From assembly GCF_001194135.2 (NCBI RefSeq), contig NC_068994.1:57858662-57894161 (forward strand): a stretch of 35,500 nucleotides of DNA. The letters run 5' to 3'. Source of the DNA: Octopus bimaculoides (taxonomy: Eukaryota). A model generated the notes under the pieces. The model made no database searches and was not told the DNA's origin. It worked only from the letters and a program-made list of their open reading frames with translations. Below are positions 23,226-34,127 of the stretch, one piece after another (positions within the stretch are counted from its first letter, which is position 1; the number at the start of each line of letters is the position of its first letter). The translations under genes were made by a program, and so were the position numbers.

Positions 23226-24960
23226 GTAAGTTGATTTTATTTATGTTTTTATCTTGTTTCACTTAATACACTGTGGCCTTATCAAAGAATTCTGAGTCGG
23301 ACAAATCAACGCCAGTACTTTTTGGTTTAAGCCTGGTGCTTATTCTATGTATATATTCCATTCATATCTGAGTTAATCATCATCATCATCGTTTAATGTC
23401 CGTTTTCCATGCTGGCATGAGGTGGACGGTTTGACCAGGACTGGCAAACCGGAAGACTACACAAGGCTCCAATCTGATTTGGCAGTGTTTCTACAGCTGG
23501 ATGCCCTTCCTAACGCCAACCACTCCGAGAGTGTAGTGGGTGCTTTTTACATGCCACTGGCATGGGAGCCTGTCAGGCGGCACTGGCATCAGCCACGTTC
23601 GAATGGTGCTTTTTACATGCCGCCAGCATGGGGAGCCAGTTGGGTGGCACTGACAACAACCCACTCATGAATGGTGCTTATTGCGTACCAGTCAGACAGC
23701 ACTGGCATCAGCCACAACTACAATTTCCATTAATGTGATAAAATAGTTTTGTTTTTTTCTTAATTTCTTTGCAGGAAAATGAATATTACAAAACCATGGT
23801 CACAGATTTAGAGATTCGGTTACACTCCAATACACCCACAAACAACTTTCACAAAATAGAATTAATGAATTTACATCATGATGTCCAAGAATTTGCACAG
23901 CAATGTCATCAAATGGCTCAGAAATTTATGACTTACGAAAAATTTAGCTTTCCTCCAATGTCAAACGATGTAAGTGGTTTATGCAATGTTTAACCCTTTA
24001 TTCTTCAGATCACTCAATTAAATGTTATTAGATTAGTCTGTTAAATGTTATGCATTTACATTGTTTTGAATTAATCTTGACTTAGATTGATAGAGATTTC
24101 TTGAGATTCTTGTTGATTCTGCAACACTGCTGCCTTTCATTTGTAGACTGAATTGTTGAGAACAAACAGTGACTTGATCATAACTGCAACACCATAATTG
24201 GATGCAAAATTCTTACCACTCCATCCTTTCTCTGTTTGCGGATTATATATCTTGTGGTTGATCCAATAAAAGTTCACTTTTGCATTTTGAGTTGGGGTAG
24301 CAGTATAGCTTCAATTAGGTCCAGATTTAAAACTTCTAAGGAGACTGCAGCCATTAGGACAGTCACTCTTGGTTAAATTTTGTAGAACAACTGGCATTTC
24401 ATTTAGATTATGGTTCCATGCTGGAAATATTGTTCCATTAGATCCTCTGCTTTTCCATAAGCTTGTTTGTATCTTTAAGGAAAAGCTTGGAGAAGTGAAA
24501 TATCCTCAAGTCATGGCAGGCTTCTGTTTGAATATTTTTAAAGAATTACTAAATTATTTGTGACTGTTAATTACTATTACTGTTCTATATTGTTACTTTG
24601 TTAATTTACTTTAATTTATTTATTCATATAAATCTCTTTTCACAGTTCAGTGTGATAGAAGAAAATAAAAGACTACGAAGCAAAATATCAGAAGTCCAGC
24701 AAGCAAACAAAAAATGGCGGGTCTATAATAACCAGAGAGAAGCTTTTTATCGGAAATTAATCTCTCAGTTGAATGTCACGAAAAAAGATTATTCTGATCA
24801 ATCGAGTAGAACAATACAGGTAATTCTTGATTATTACAAATATTTAGTCAGCATATCTAAGGCCATGATAGAACTGCATCCTCATGAAATTCGTCTAGTT
24901 TAACTTTAAATCCGGCATCAATTGTAGTTTCGTTTGCAGGCTGTTTCACTATTTATTTGT

Positions 24961-24992
<32 letters not shown>

Positions 24993-26070
24993 CATAAATA
25001 TACAGGGATTAGCATTGAGTTGCTTCTCCAACATACTGAAAATTTAGAAATAGCAGTCAAAGAACTACTGATTCTAAACTACAAATTTTTCTCTAAACGG
25101 ATGGCGATATTTATGGCACATATAGAACAAAAAACCGGAGGGAAAAGCAAAAACAAACCTGCCTTTAGTTAATTGGATACGAACGTTTCATGATTAAGAA
25201 TATGAAATTACTCTATTCCGAATCTTCAGCCCNNNNNNNNNNNNNNNNNNNNNNNNNNNNNNNNNNNNNNNNNNNNNNCGGTTAGTGAGTTCAGGCACCT
25301 CACCTCAAAGAAAATCTATTCCATGTGCGTCACAAATAGTCCCGTGTGAAGGGATTACGGTTTAACCATCTAACTTAGAGGTATCAAATATAAAATATGG
25401 CTAATCCCTGTATATTTATGATGATAAATGGTTTTACCGATAAAGGTTTTTTCATACTGAACTACTTGGTAAAATTGTTAATTATTAATTCTATTACTAA
25501 TTGACGATTCCCTGCCCTTATTCTTGTATATTTTTTATATATATATATATAGGGAATAAATGATGAGTTTTTTCCCTTATGAGGTTTTTTCACGCTAACT
25601 ACCAGACATTCCCCCCATCGTGAGTCAGCTGGGGATTCCAAAGATTTCAGTACCTTGTGATAACATCACTCATTCTAGTGGTATGAAGCTGCATCAATGC
25701 TGCTCTCCTCCTGTTGTCCATGCATCCATCACCTCAAACCATATCTTACTAAAGAGTTAGTCTTTGCTGTCAACTATGCTCTTTCTCTCAACTGCTTCTC
25801 ATTTCATTCATATGTCCATACTATCTATCTAGTTGTCAACATATAAATCCAATAGAGTTCTTATAAGATGAGAAATTGGAGGAATATTCCATTAGATAAT
25901 TCTGAATATATTTCCTTAACCATATACATTTCCTGGAGTATAAATATTGACAATATTAATTATAAGGATTACTCCAAAGTAGCAAAGCTGACATGTTTCA
26001 ATTTCAACACTTACTGTAAAATGGTGCAGTCTCTTTGTAGTTAGTTTTTTCTCATTCATGTCATATAATG

Positions 26071-26115
<45 letters not shown>

Positions 26116-27911
26116 CTTTTTCTTTCTCTCTGAAGAGTTATGATGACGTGAAAAAGAATGAGGAAGAATTGCTTGCACTAAAAACTCAGGTGAAAATATA
26201 TGCTGAAGATTTCGAAAATGAAAGAAAAGACCGTGAGAAAGCTCAGTCACGGATCAGTGATTTAGAATCTGAAATTTTAAAGGTAAAAGATTTGTTTGTC
26301 TCTGAGTGTCGAATGTGGTTTTTAAATTTGTTATAGTATGGTTGTGTTCACTTTCCAGTGGTATGGTTCCAGGTTCAATCCCACTGCATGGCACATCGAG
26401 CAAATGTCTTCTACAATATCTCCAGGCTGACCAAAGCCTTGTGAGTGGATTTTGTAGATGGAAACTGAAAGAAGCCCATTGTGTGTGTGTGATTTATTTA
26501 TATTTACACCTCTTTGAATATGACAAGCTACAAGCAGTCATGTTGTTATCTGCCCTGTTGATAAATCCTTTGCTGGCTTTGCTCCTCGAAAGGTGTTGGC
26601 AAGAAGAGGTCCTTCATCTGAAGAACAGGGAACAGTTACTAATAGAAAGGGCATCTTGCTGTAAAAACAGTGTCTCAATAATATGCTCTTCTAACCCATG
26701 CTAGCACAAAAAAAATTAATGTGAAAATGAATGAGCAAAAGTATGTGTAAACTGATGTGAATGCACAGGAATGGCTGTGTGTGTATGGTTGTTATTTTCG
26801 TACTTCCTCCATTTTATGCAAAGCATCAAAAATGTTTGCAGGAGTATTAGTGTGTATAATATAATACTTGTGTGCCTGTTGTCTTTGTGCATATATTTAT
26901 AGCTCTGTGTATATATTTTGTTTTCCAGTTAAAACATATACAGGATCCCCCACATGAACAAATGCCCTTGAAATCATATTACACACCAAAAAGTACCAAA
27001 TATTTCGAGCAAAAGGTGAGACTTACTTGTTTTCTCCCCATTTTATTTTACATCCTCCAACATTAACATCAATAAGATTTATCTTAGACATGTAGACTCT
27101 TGTGTTTGTTGCAACTTTTCCATTTAGCTATATAGGTGCACGCATGGCCATGTAGTAAAGAAACTCGATTCCTAACCACATGGCTCTAAGTTCAGTCACA
27201 CTGCATGGCATCCAGAATAAGTGTCTCCTTCTATAGCCTCTGGCTGACCAAAGCGTTGTGAGTGAATTTGGTAGGCGGAAACTGAAAGAAGCCCATCAGA
27301 TATGTCTGTGTTTGTCCCCCATCACCTCTTGATAACCAGTGTTGCTGTGTTTGTGTCCCTGTAACTTAGCAGTTTAGCAAAAGAGACCAATAGAATACAT
27401 GCCAGGCTTACATAAAAAGAAGTAATGGGGTCAATTAAATAAGTACCAGTTACGCACTGGGGAGAACGTAGTCAACTTACTTACTTCCTCAAAATTGCTG
27501 GCCTTGTGCCACAATTTGAAACCAATATTAAGGTAGTGTTAGTCATGATGTATTTGTGCTGGGTTTTTTTTTTTTAACCAAATCTCTAATTTCTTCATTA
27601 CTTAATTAAATCTACTTTGGAAAATAAAATTCCAAATTCTGTGTACACTTGTCCATGTAAAAATCAGTCCCTTCATATTATTTTGTTTTTCATATTTTCA
27701 GGAAGCTGTACCACGAGGAATATCAGAAAGTCACTATGTGAATCACGCTTACCAAAAAGACAGTCTTGAGCCTGTGAGGAAACGTGCTGATAAATTCGAG
27801 ACAGACAGTTTATCCAATTCGAAACAAAACTTTATTTGTCCAAGTTGTAACATGGTGTTTGGCAGTGACAAACAGGCAGAACTTTTAGCACATGTTGACA
27901 TTTGTTTTTGA
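22854..27911 (+). CDS. TNIP2: TNFAIP3-interacting protein 2 (ABIN-2)-like, spliced gene, ~394 aa
   Basis: Six phase-0 exons with canonical AG/GT sites join into one ORF: 22854-23225, 23775-23969, 24646-24819, 26136-26282, 26929-27015, 27702-27911 (TGA). Motifs match ABIN-2 as I recall it: AHD1/EABR-like VQQANKKWRVYNNQREAFYRKL (cf. [22 protein letters not shown]), UBAN YAEDFENERKDREKAQSRISDLE (cf. YKDDFMSERADRERAQSRIQELE), terminal CPSC-x14-H-x3-C zinc finger (cf. CPHC...LLRHVAEC). Confidence 0.9.
23388..23720 (-). mobile_element. SINE/RTE-tail repeat with internal ~66-bp tandem units
   Basis: Inverted homologue of 880-1090; GTGCTT(TTTACATGCC) units start at 23540, 23606 and 23674. Confidence 0.7.
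23775..23969 (+). CDS. TNIP2: TNIP2-like coding exon 2
   Basis: TTTGCAG|GAA acceptor, 65 codons ENEYYKTMV...PMSND, donor GAT|GTAAGT. Confidence 0.85.
24646..24819 (+). CDS. TNIP2: TNIP2-like coding exon 3 (AHD1/EABR-like)
   Basis: TTTTCACAG|TTC acceptor, 58 codons incl. ANKKWRVYNNQREAFY, donor CAG|GTAATT. Confidence 0.88.
25175..25232 (-). ncRNA. Degenerate type I hammerhead-like motif in TNIP2 intron
   Basis: Minus strand GGG-CTGAAGA-...-GAAA-C-GTTC-G-T-A-TCC; stem II poorly paired; truncated by the adjacent gap. Confidence 0.45.
26067..26113. repeat. (AAT)n microsatellite
   Basis: Direct reading; abuts the UBAN exon acceptor. Confidence 0.95.
26136..26282 (+). CDS. TNIP2: TNIP2-like coding exon 4 (UBAN domain)
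   Basis: Pyrimidine tract + GAAG acceptor, 49 codons incl. KIYAEDFENERKDREKAQSRI, donor AAG|GTAAAA. Confidence 0.9.
26335..26490 (+). mobile_element. SINE copy in TNIP2 intron
   Basis: GGTTCAATCCCACTGCATGGCAC...GGAAACTGAAAGAAGCCC. Confidence 0.7.
26929..27015 (+). CDS. TNIP2: TNIP2-like coding exon 5
   Basis: TTTTCCAG|TTA acceptor, 29 codons, donor AAG|GTGAGA. Confidence 0.8.
27135..27530 (+). mobile_element. SINE copy in TNIP2 last intron
   Basis: Same family as 26335 and 32070. Confidence 0.7.
27702..27911 (+). CDS. TNIP2: TNIP2-like terminal exon (CCHC/UBZ-type zinc finger)
   Basis: TTTTCAG|GAA acceptor; EAVPRG...FICPSCNMVFGSDKQAELLAHVDICF* ending TGA 27909-27911. Not in the ORF track. 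Confidence 0.9.
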   Translation, partial: EAVPRGISESHYVNHAYQKDSLEPVRKRADKFETDSLSNSKQNFICPSCNMVFGSDKQAELLAHVDICF

Positions 27912-28407
27912 AACAAATGACAACAATGTATCTTTTAATATTTTTTTTTATTTATTTAAATTGGAAAAGTTCATTGCGTACATGCATGTGTGTGTGTGTA
28001 TATATATGTGTGTCAGTGTGTATATATGTGCGTGTTTATGTGATCAAGTTTGTATTTTATCCCACTTTCACCTGACTGTTTTACACTTGCAGTCAACCAC
28101 GAAAGCATGTCCAGTCTTGTCGACAAAATGTGATCTTTGGGAACAAAACACTTTCTCAGACAATGTTGTTTCCAGTTCACTGCATAAATGCATCTGGGCT
28201 GTTCAGTGGTTGATAAAATGAGAAAGATATGCCCTTGCTTGGAAACAGGTGAGGGTTGGTGACAGGAAGAGCATCCGGCCATAGAAAATCTGCTTCCACA
28301 AATTCCGTCTGACCCATGCAAGCATGGAAAAATGGATGTGAAAATGAACCTGATGTAAATATTTATTGAAATTATGAAACAATTAGTTTTTAAAATATTT
28401 GGAGAAA

Positions 28408-28413
28408 AATAAA
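28408..28413 (+). terminator. Candidate poly(A) signal of TNIP2-like gene
   Basis: First AATAAA I found on + strand after the stop at 27911. Confidence 0.35.
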
Positions 28414-28689
28414 ATGTTACAAAATTACATTTGATTTCCTTTTTATTCTTTGTTAAACATGTTTTGCTTCGCTTTTTTCTTGATGTTTCTCCTCTCCAAG
28501 TTGTATTCTTCTCTGAGTAAGACACACCGTGTTAACCCTTTTGATACCAACCCACCTGAAACCACCTCTGGCTCTGCTGAAGTGCAAATGTCTTGCTTTC
28601 AAAAATTCTGAATTGAAATCTTCCACCAAAACTTAGTCACAATTTATGTTCTAGGAAGAAGGGAAGATAATAAAGTAGTAGTGATCCCA

Positions 28690-28920
28690 AAATGAAGGCA
28701 CGCATGCATGTGTATAAGAGAATATGTATGTGCATGTGGAAGAGGGCTGGTGACTTTGACGTGTGTGTAGGTGTAGATATATATATATATATAATCTATG
28801 TTTCTCTCCCACCACCACCTGATAACTGGCAGTTTGACAAATAGAATAAGTACAACTCATTCAACTAAAAATTCTTCAAGGTGATGCCCCAGCATGGCCA
28901 GAGTCTAATGACTGAAACAA
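28690..28920 (-). mobile_element. SINE 3' part between the two genes
   Basis: Homologous to the distal parts of 5810-5990 and 27300-27430. Confidence 0.55.
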
Positions 28921-28959
28921 GTAAAACACAACATTTGTTTTATATCTTTCCACGTGATT

Positions 28960-28965
28960 TTTATT
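28960..28965 (-). terminator. Candidate poly(A) signal of NAGK
   Basis: AATAAA on - strand ~80 nt after the stop codon. Confidence 0.45.
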
Positions 28966-29044
28966 AACATAAACACCATAGAATGAAAAAAATAAACCAA
29001 CATCCAGTATTTTTTTTTAATAAACGTCTCTGATACAAAGAAAT

Positions 29045-29226
29045 TTATATTGTAAAGTTAGAAAGTGTATTGGCATTAGTTTTGTAGTCGAGAGGCAATA
29101 AATGGCCAACAGTCTTCGCACCGAGGTACGCGGCACCAATTGCTCCACTTACTTTGAGCTGCAGCATAGAAACTTTTGAAATAATCTGCTGTTTAGACTG
29201 AACAGAACGAAGCTCAGCAACAAAAC
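29045..29226 (-). CDS. NAGK: NAGK terminal exon FVAELR...[33 protein letters not shown]
   Basis: TTGTAG|GT acceptor; matches the NAGK C-terminus as recalled (ALGGASLGARHIGHLLPMDY); TAA at 29047-29045. Confidence 0.92.
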
Positions 29227-32200
29227 CTACAACAAAGAGTCAAATCGACCTCATTAATATTATAATTTATGCGAATAGAAAAAAAATATTTAATTATATT
29301 TGTCTGTTGAAAAAGAAATACAAAAACCAACACCAGATATTCCAAAGTACTTTTTTTTTATATATATTTGTGACTGTTAAATAGACACAGGTTTGAAATC
29401 GGAATGCAAACTGTTGATTCAATATTCATTTCAAATTTTGGCACAAAGCCAGCAATTTTGGAAGTGGAGAAAGTCGATTACATTGACCCTAGTATGCAAC
29501 TGGTACTTATTTTATCAATCCTGAAAGGATGAAAGACAAGGTTGACCTCATGGAATTCAAACTCAGAATGTAAAGATGGATGAAATTCTGCCAGCTTCAT
29601 GCCATCTGTTGACTTAATATTACAAGACAAAATAGTTTTGCTTAATTCTTCTAATGCCAACATGTCTGATACCATTCTTGACTCTATGAGGCAAACTTCC
29701 TGTTTTAAAGTAATTTCAATTAAAATGTTCTTCCATCAAAATTTTATGTTAATTTATGCTCCAAACATCAGCTTAACAATGTCAATGTTATTCTACTAAA
29801 TTTTTCGTTATTTTCAAAATTAAAATTAAAACAAAAGTAGAGAATGCATTCCAACAGAAAAATGGTAACACAAAGGTAAAAACTAAAGCCTTGGAAGTAT
29901 TACACAAAATCACTTCGACTTACAACTTTGAAAAACAAATATTTACTTTTAAGACAAGCAAAACTAGTTTAATTCATTTTGCAAATTAAACTTTTCCTTG
30001 AAAAATTAATTTCTTTATTCTTTTCGAAAATAAAACTTAGTTTTGAAAAATTAGATAATTTTTGAAAATTAAAATTCTTCAAATTTGTGAATGTTGATAT
30101 TCTAATGGATATTTCTGATGACAGCAGATCCACATTGCTGATGCCAACATGAAGAAATGGAAATTAGAATGGTAATTGTATATTTCCGATGTCAGCTAAC
30201 TTACCTTCTTCCAGAAACTTCCAACTCTTCCATATTGAACCAACACAAACAATCTGTAGGCCATCAGAACATTTCAGTAAATCCTAAAACAGAAAGGAAA
30301 TGGCGTTATTTGGTCTTGGAGGATGTGAAGATGTTCATCAGTTTTAGTTAATGATTAAAGCAAGGATTTTCCATTCAACATAACATTTTCTTTAATGCAT
30401 GGTGTATCGAGAAAGTTAGTGAAGGTGCATGGCTCAGTGGTTACAGCGTTGAGCTTACGATCGAGAGGTTGTGAGTTTGATTCCAGGACAAGGCAGTGTG
30501 TTGTGTTCTTGAGCAAGACACTTTATTTCACGTTGCTCCAGTTCACTCATCTGTAGAAATGAGTTGCGATGTCACTGGTGCCAAGCTGTATCGGTCCCTT
30601 TGCCTTTCCCTCAGATAACATTGGTGGCGTGGAGAGGGGAGGCTGGTATGCATGGGCAACTGCTGGTCTTCCATAAACTACTTGATTTTCCGCCACAATA
30701 TCTGCACCTGGATAGTTCAATCAGTTTGAATTCTAAAGTCTCAATAAACGGTGACATGTTTAGTTGCATAATAACCTTCTCTTCCAGATTGTGAAAGCAT
30801 ACCATAACGTTTAATCTAAATGGAGTGAAATTTTAAGACTTCATTTTTTTATGGGTTAAAATTTGAATAGAATCATATCATTTTGAAAATCTTGTAGTCT
30901 GGATCTGGCGACCCTGAGTAGGATTGAAGAGATTAGCAAATGCATCATTTATTTACCTTATTTATTTTAGGTCCTATGGCATTGACATGGGCAGCTAAAA
31001 TTTTGCCACATTCTTTGAAAAGATCTAAACAAAGGGCATCTTTATGGTCATTTGCTCCTAAATTAAAATAATAATGAAATGATGAGACAATTAAAGAGTG
31101 ATGGATTCAAGAAAACATCATTAACACAAATTCATATCACTCTAGTCATTTTCTGATGGACACTGGACTCCGCTTGATCAATTTCGGTCAGATCACACAC
31201 ATGAAGGTGTATGTTGTAAGACCCCAAACATGCAGTGACCCCGCCAGAACTAATGGAAAACATTATCTATGTGTTACAATTCAATTTGAAGATAATAAAG
31301 AATTTGGGAGGAATTAATAAAATAAATTTCTTCAGTAGACAAGATGCATTTAATTGTCTTTAGAATGGGTAAACCCCATGTCGTTGTGTACTGAAAGAGG
31401 TTACTAAAGGACTGGTAACAGAAAGCACATCTGGTCATAAACCACTACTTCAGGGAAACCATCTGACCCATGCCAGCATGGAAAAGCAGATGTAAAACAC
31501 TGATGCTAATGATGATATTTAGTCATGTGACTTTAGATTCTGAGTTCACATTCCACAGAGGTCAACTTTGCCTTTCATCTTTATGGGGCCAATAAAATTA
31601 GTACCAGTCAAATACTGAGGTAAACAGACTCCTTCTTCAAAAATTTGAGGTCTTAGGGTCATCTCAAAAACCATTAAATTGGTTCTTATATAAAATTCTT
31701 AAAGATTATTAGCATTAAAAAAGGAGGTGATGATGGTTAAAAACAAAAGTCTGAGATGGATCCTATGTAGAACATACTTACCCTTGACAATCTCTAGACA
31801 TAACCTAGCTATGTTGGCTTTTTCAAACTTCGGATAAAGATAATCCAACAGCTGAGCTTTATTAGAGATCTAGATCAAAAGAGATCAAATATCAATATTA
31901 TATAATGAATTCATAAAACTAATTAATGACATGAAAACATAACTAACGATGTCAACAAGGGTACAAACTAGCACCAGCATTGCTAGAAACAAGAGCCAAA
32001 ACAACACAGTTAGATGATACAGGTATATCTACCACCTCACTAGGGAGCTTGTCTCACTCTTCTTTCTCGCAGGAGTGGATGTGTGGTAAGTAGCTTACTT
32101 ACCAACCACATGGTTCCGGGTTCAGTCCCACTGCGTGTCACCTTGGGCAAGTGTCTTCTACTATAACCCTGGGCCAACACATACAGACGCTGGTGCAGAT

Positions 32201-32724
32201 GTAAAAAGCACCGAGTATATTCTTTTTAAAATGGTTGGTATCTGGAAGAGCATCCAGCTGTTGGAACCATGCCAAAGCAGTCAGTGGTGTTCGGCATGGC
32301 CATGTGGCTTGCCAGCTCCTGTTAAACTGTTAAACTGTCCAATACAGCATGGGAAACAGACATTGAATGGCGGTGGTGGAGGTGACGATGGTGGTGGTGA
32401 TGATGATGATGATGATGATGATGATACATTCCATACATATGTCTTGAGATCAACCATTTCTCCCTTCTAACACAACAAAAGCAGACAGACCGTTGAGCTG
32501 AGTTGTTTGAGAAAGGATTAAGGTGGGATACTTAAATGTAAATATTTACCTTAAAATGGCGGAATATGGCCTCCTTGATGTACGAAATGTCATAGGGGCA
32601 AAGAACGAAGTTATCCTCATGGTCATAAATGGTTTTTATTGCTAACAACGATATCCAGTAAGCTAAATGAATAAGAAGAAAAGGACTGTTGATTTGACTA
32701 AATTTATCTTTTGCTAGTATTTGA

Positions 32725-32762
<38 letters not shown>

Positions 32763-34076
32763 GATATAAAATCAGTTCATTGAGTTACGTCCCTTTGTGT
32801 ATGAAAACCGAAAAGGCCAACACATTAAAATTTAAATTTTGCGTCTTTCAATCAGAAAACGGGATTTGTTTCAACAATTTAAGCAGGTGATCTTTACCTG
32901 ATCCTTCATCTCCAATCAAATGACCCCATCCTCCACAACGATGTTGTGAGCCATCGGAATTGATAAGCTGGCAGTTTGAACCAGTTCCAGCAATCAAGAT
33001 AACTCCACCTACAAATTCAAAATCATATCATTTTCAATAACAGAAACCATTTCCAATAACATAAAAAAAAACTTCAACAATGGTTTTCTTTTAAATCAAC
33101 AACTTTAATTCTTCAGAATTAAGATTACATACACACACACACACACACAATATCTGCCCACGGAAATACATTGGATGTACTGGGAATTCTCTCAAGTGAC
33201 ACACTGAGATGCAGCATGGAACTTTGTCATTGAACAAGTCTCAAAGCGACGAAAATATTTTGGCAAATTAAATTTAAATGTTCAAGTGAATCTAACGGTT
33301 TTTGTATGTTTTTAAATGGCTTATAAACACCTTCCATGCTGCAACTGTTTTTCTTCCAGCAACAATCTCAGATCAGGTCACTTGCTATGCAAGTACATCT
33401 CTGTAATAATATTAGAAATCAATATTAAAGTAAAATCAATGCAAAAGGTTTTCTGAGTATGTTACTTCACCTTTGTCTGAAACGGTATAAAAAGCACATT
33501 CTGTGTCACTGCAACAATATAGTCCTTCTGATAAATGACTGTAATTTTTCGTGAATCTACTTTTAAGTTCTTGTTGAATTTCTAGTTCGTCTCCTCCACT
33601 AAGTGACAGACCCTTTAATTAAATAACAATAATAATAATAATGATATGGTTAGTAGAGTTAAAGGTTGGAATAACCATCTAAGGGATAAAAATATCTGTT
33701 ATACTACCAGCACAAGGCCAGCAATTTCAGGGAAGTGGGTAAGTCAGTTACATCAACCTCAGTATATGACTGGTACTTTATTCTATCGACCCTGAAACAA
33801 TGGAAAGCAATGTTGACCTCAAGAGAATTTCAACACTGAACATAAGGAGGGATGAAATGCTGCCAATCATTTTTACCTGGTTCTGCCAGTTTGCCACCTT
33901 AATGATAATAAAGATAAAAAGCAAAGGTAATGCAGGTAGCAATTATAGACCAACCACTTGCTTACCATTAGTGTGGAAGCTGTTAAGAGGATTGCTCTCA
34001 GAAAGCATTTACAAGCATTTCTTCATGCTAAAGCTAATTAATTCTCTTATGTTGTCTGCCATATTGGATATACTGA

Positions 34077-34127
<51 letters not shown>

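Larger units (their letters stand above)
4528..25278. other. Assembly gaps (N runs)
   Basis: 4528-5371, 6059-6068, 6359-6681, 8412-9333, 10220-10929, 12235-12757, 18658-18914, 25233-25278; most abut simple repeats. Confidence 1.

Noticed and set aside
24957-25172. ORF as a missing TNIP2 exon
   Set aside because: The phase-0 reading from the nearby acceptor (25006) hits a stop; the region adjoins a PLE-like remnant.
29478-29699. Extra NAGK exon ([14 protein letters not shown]...)
   Set aside because: The flanking exons already join in frame and match NAGK; no good donor; runs into a SINE.
30421-30495. tRNA gene
   Set aside because: A/B boxes are present but the cloverleaf is broken and it continues into a SINE body.
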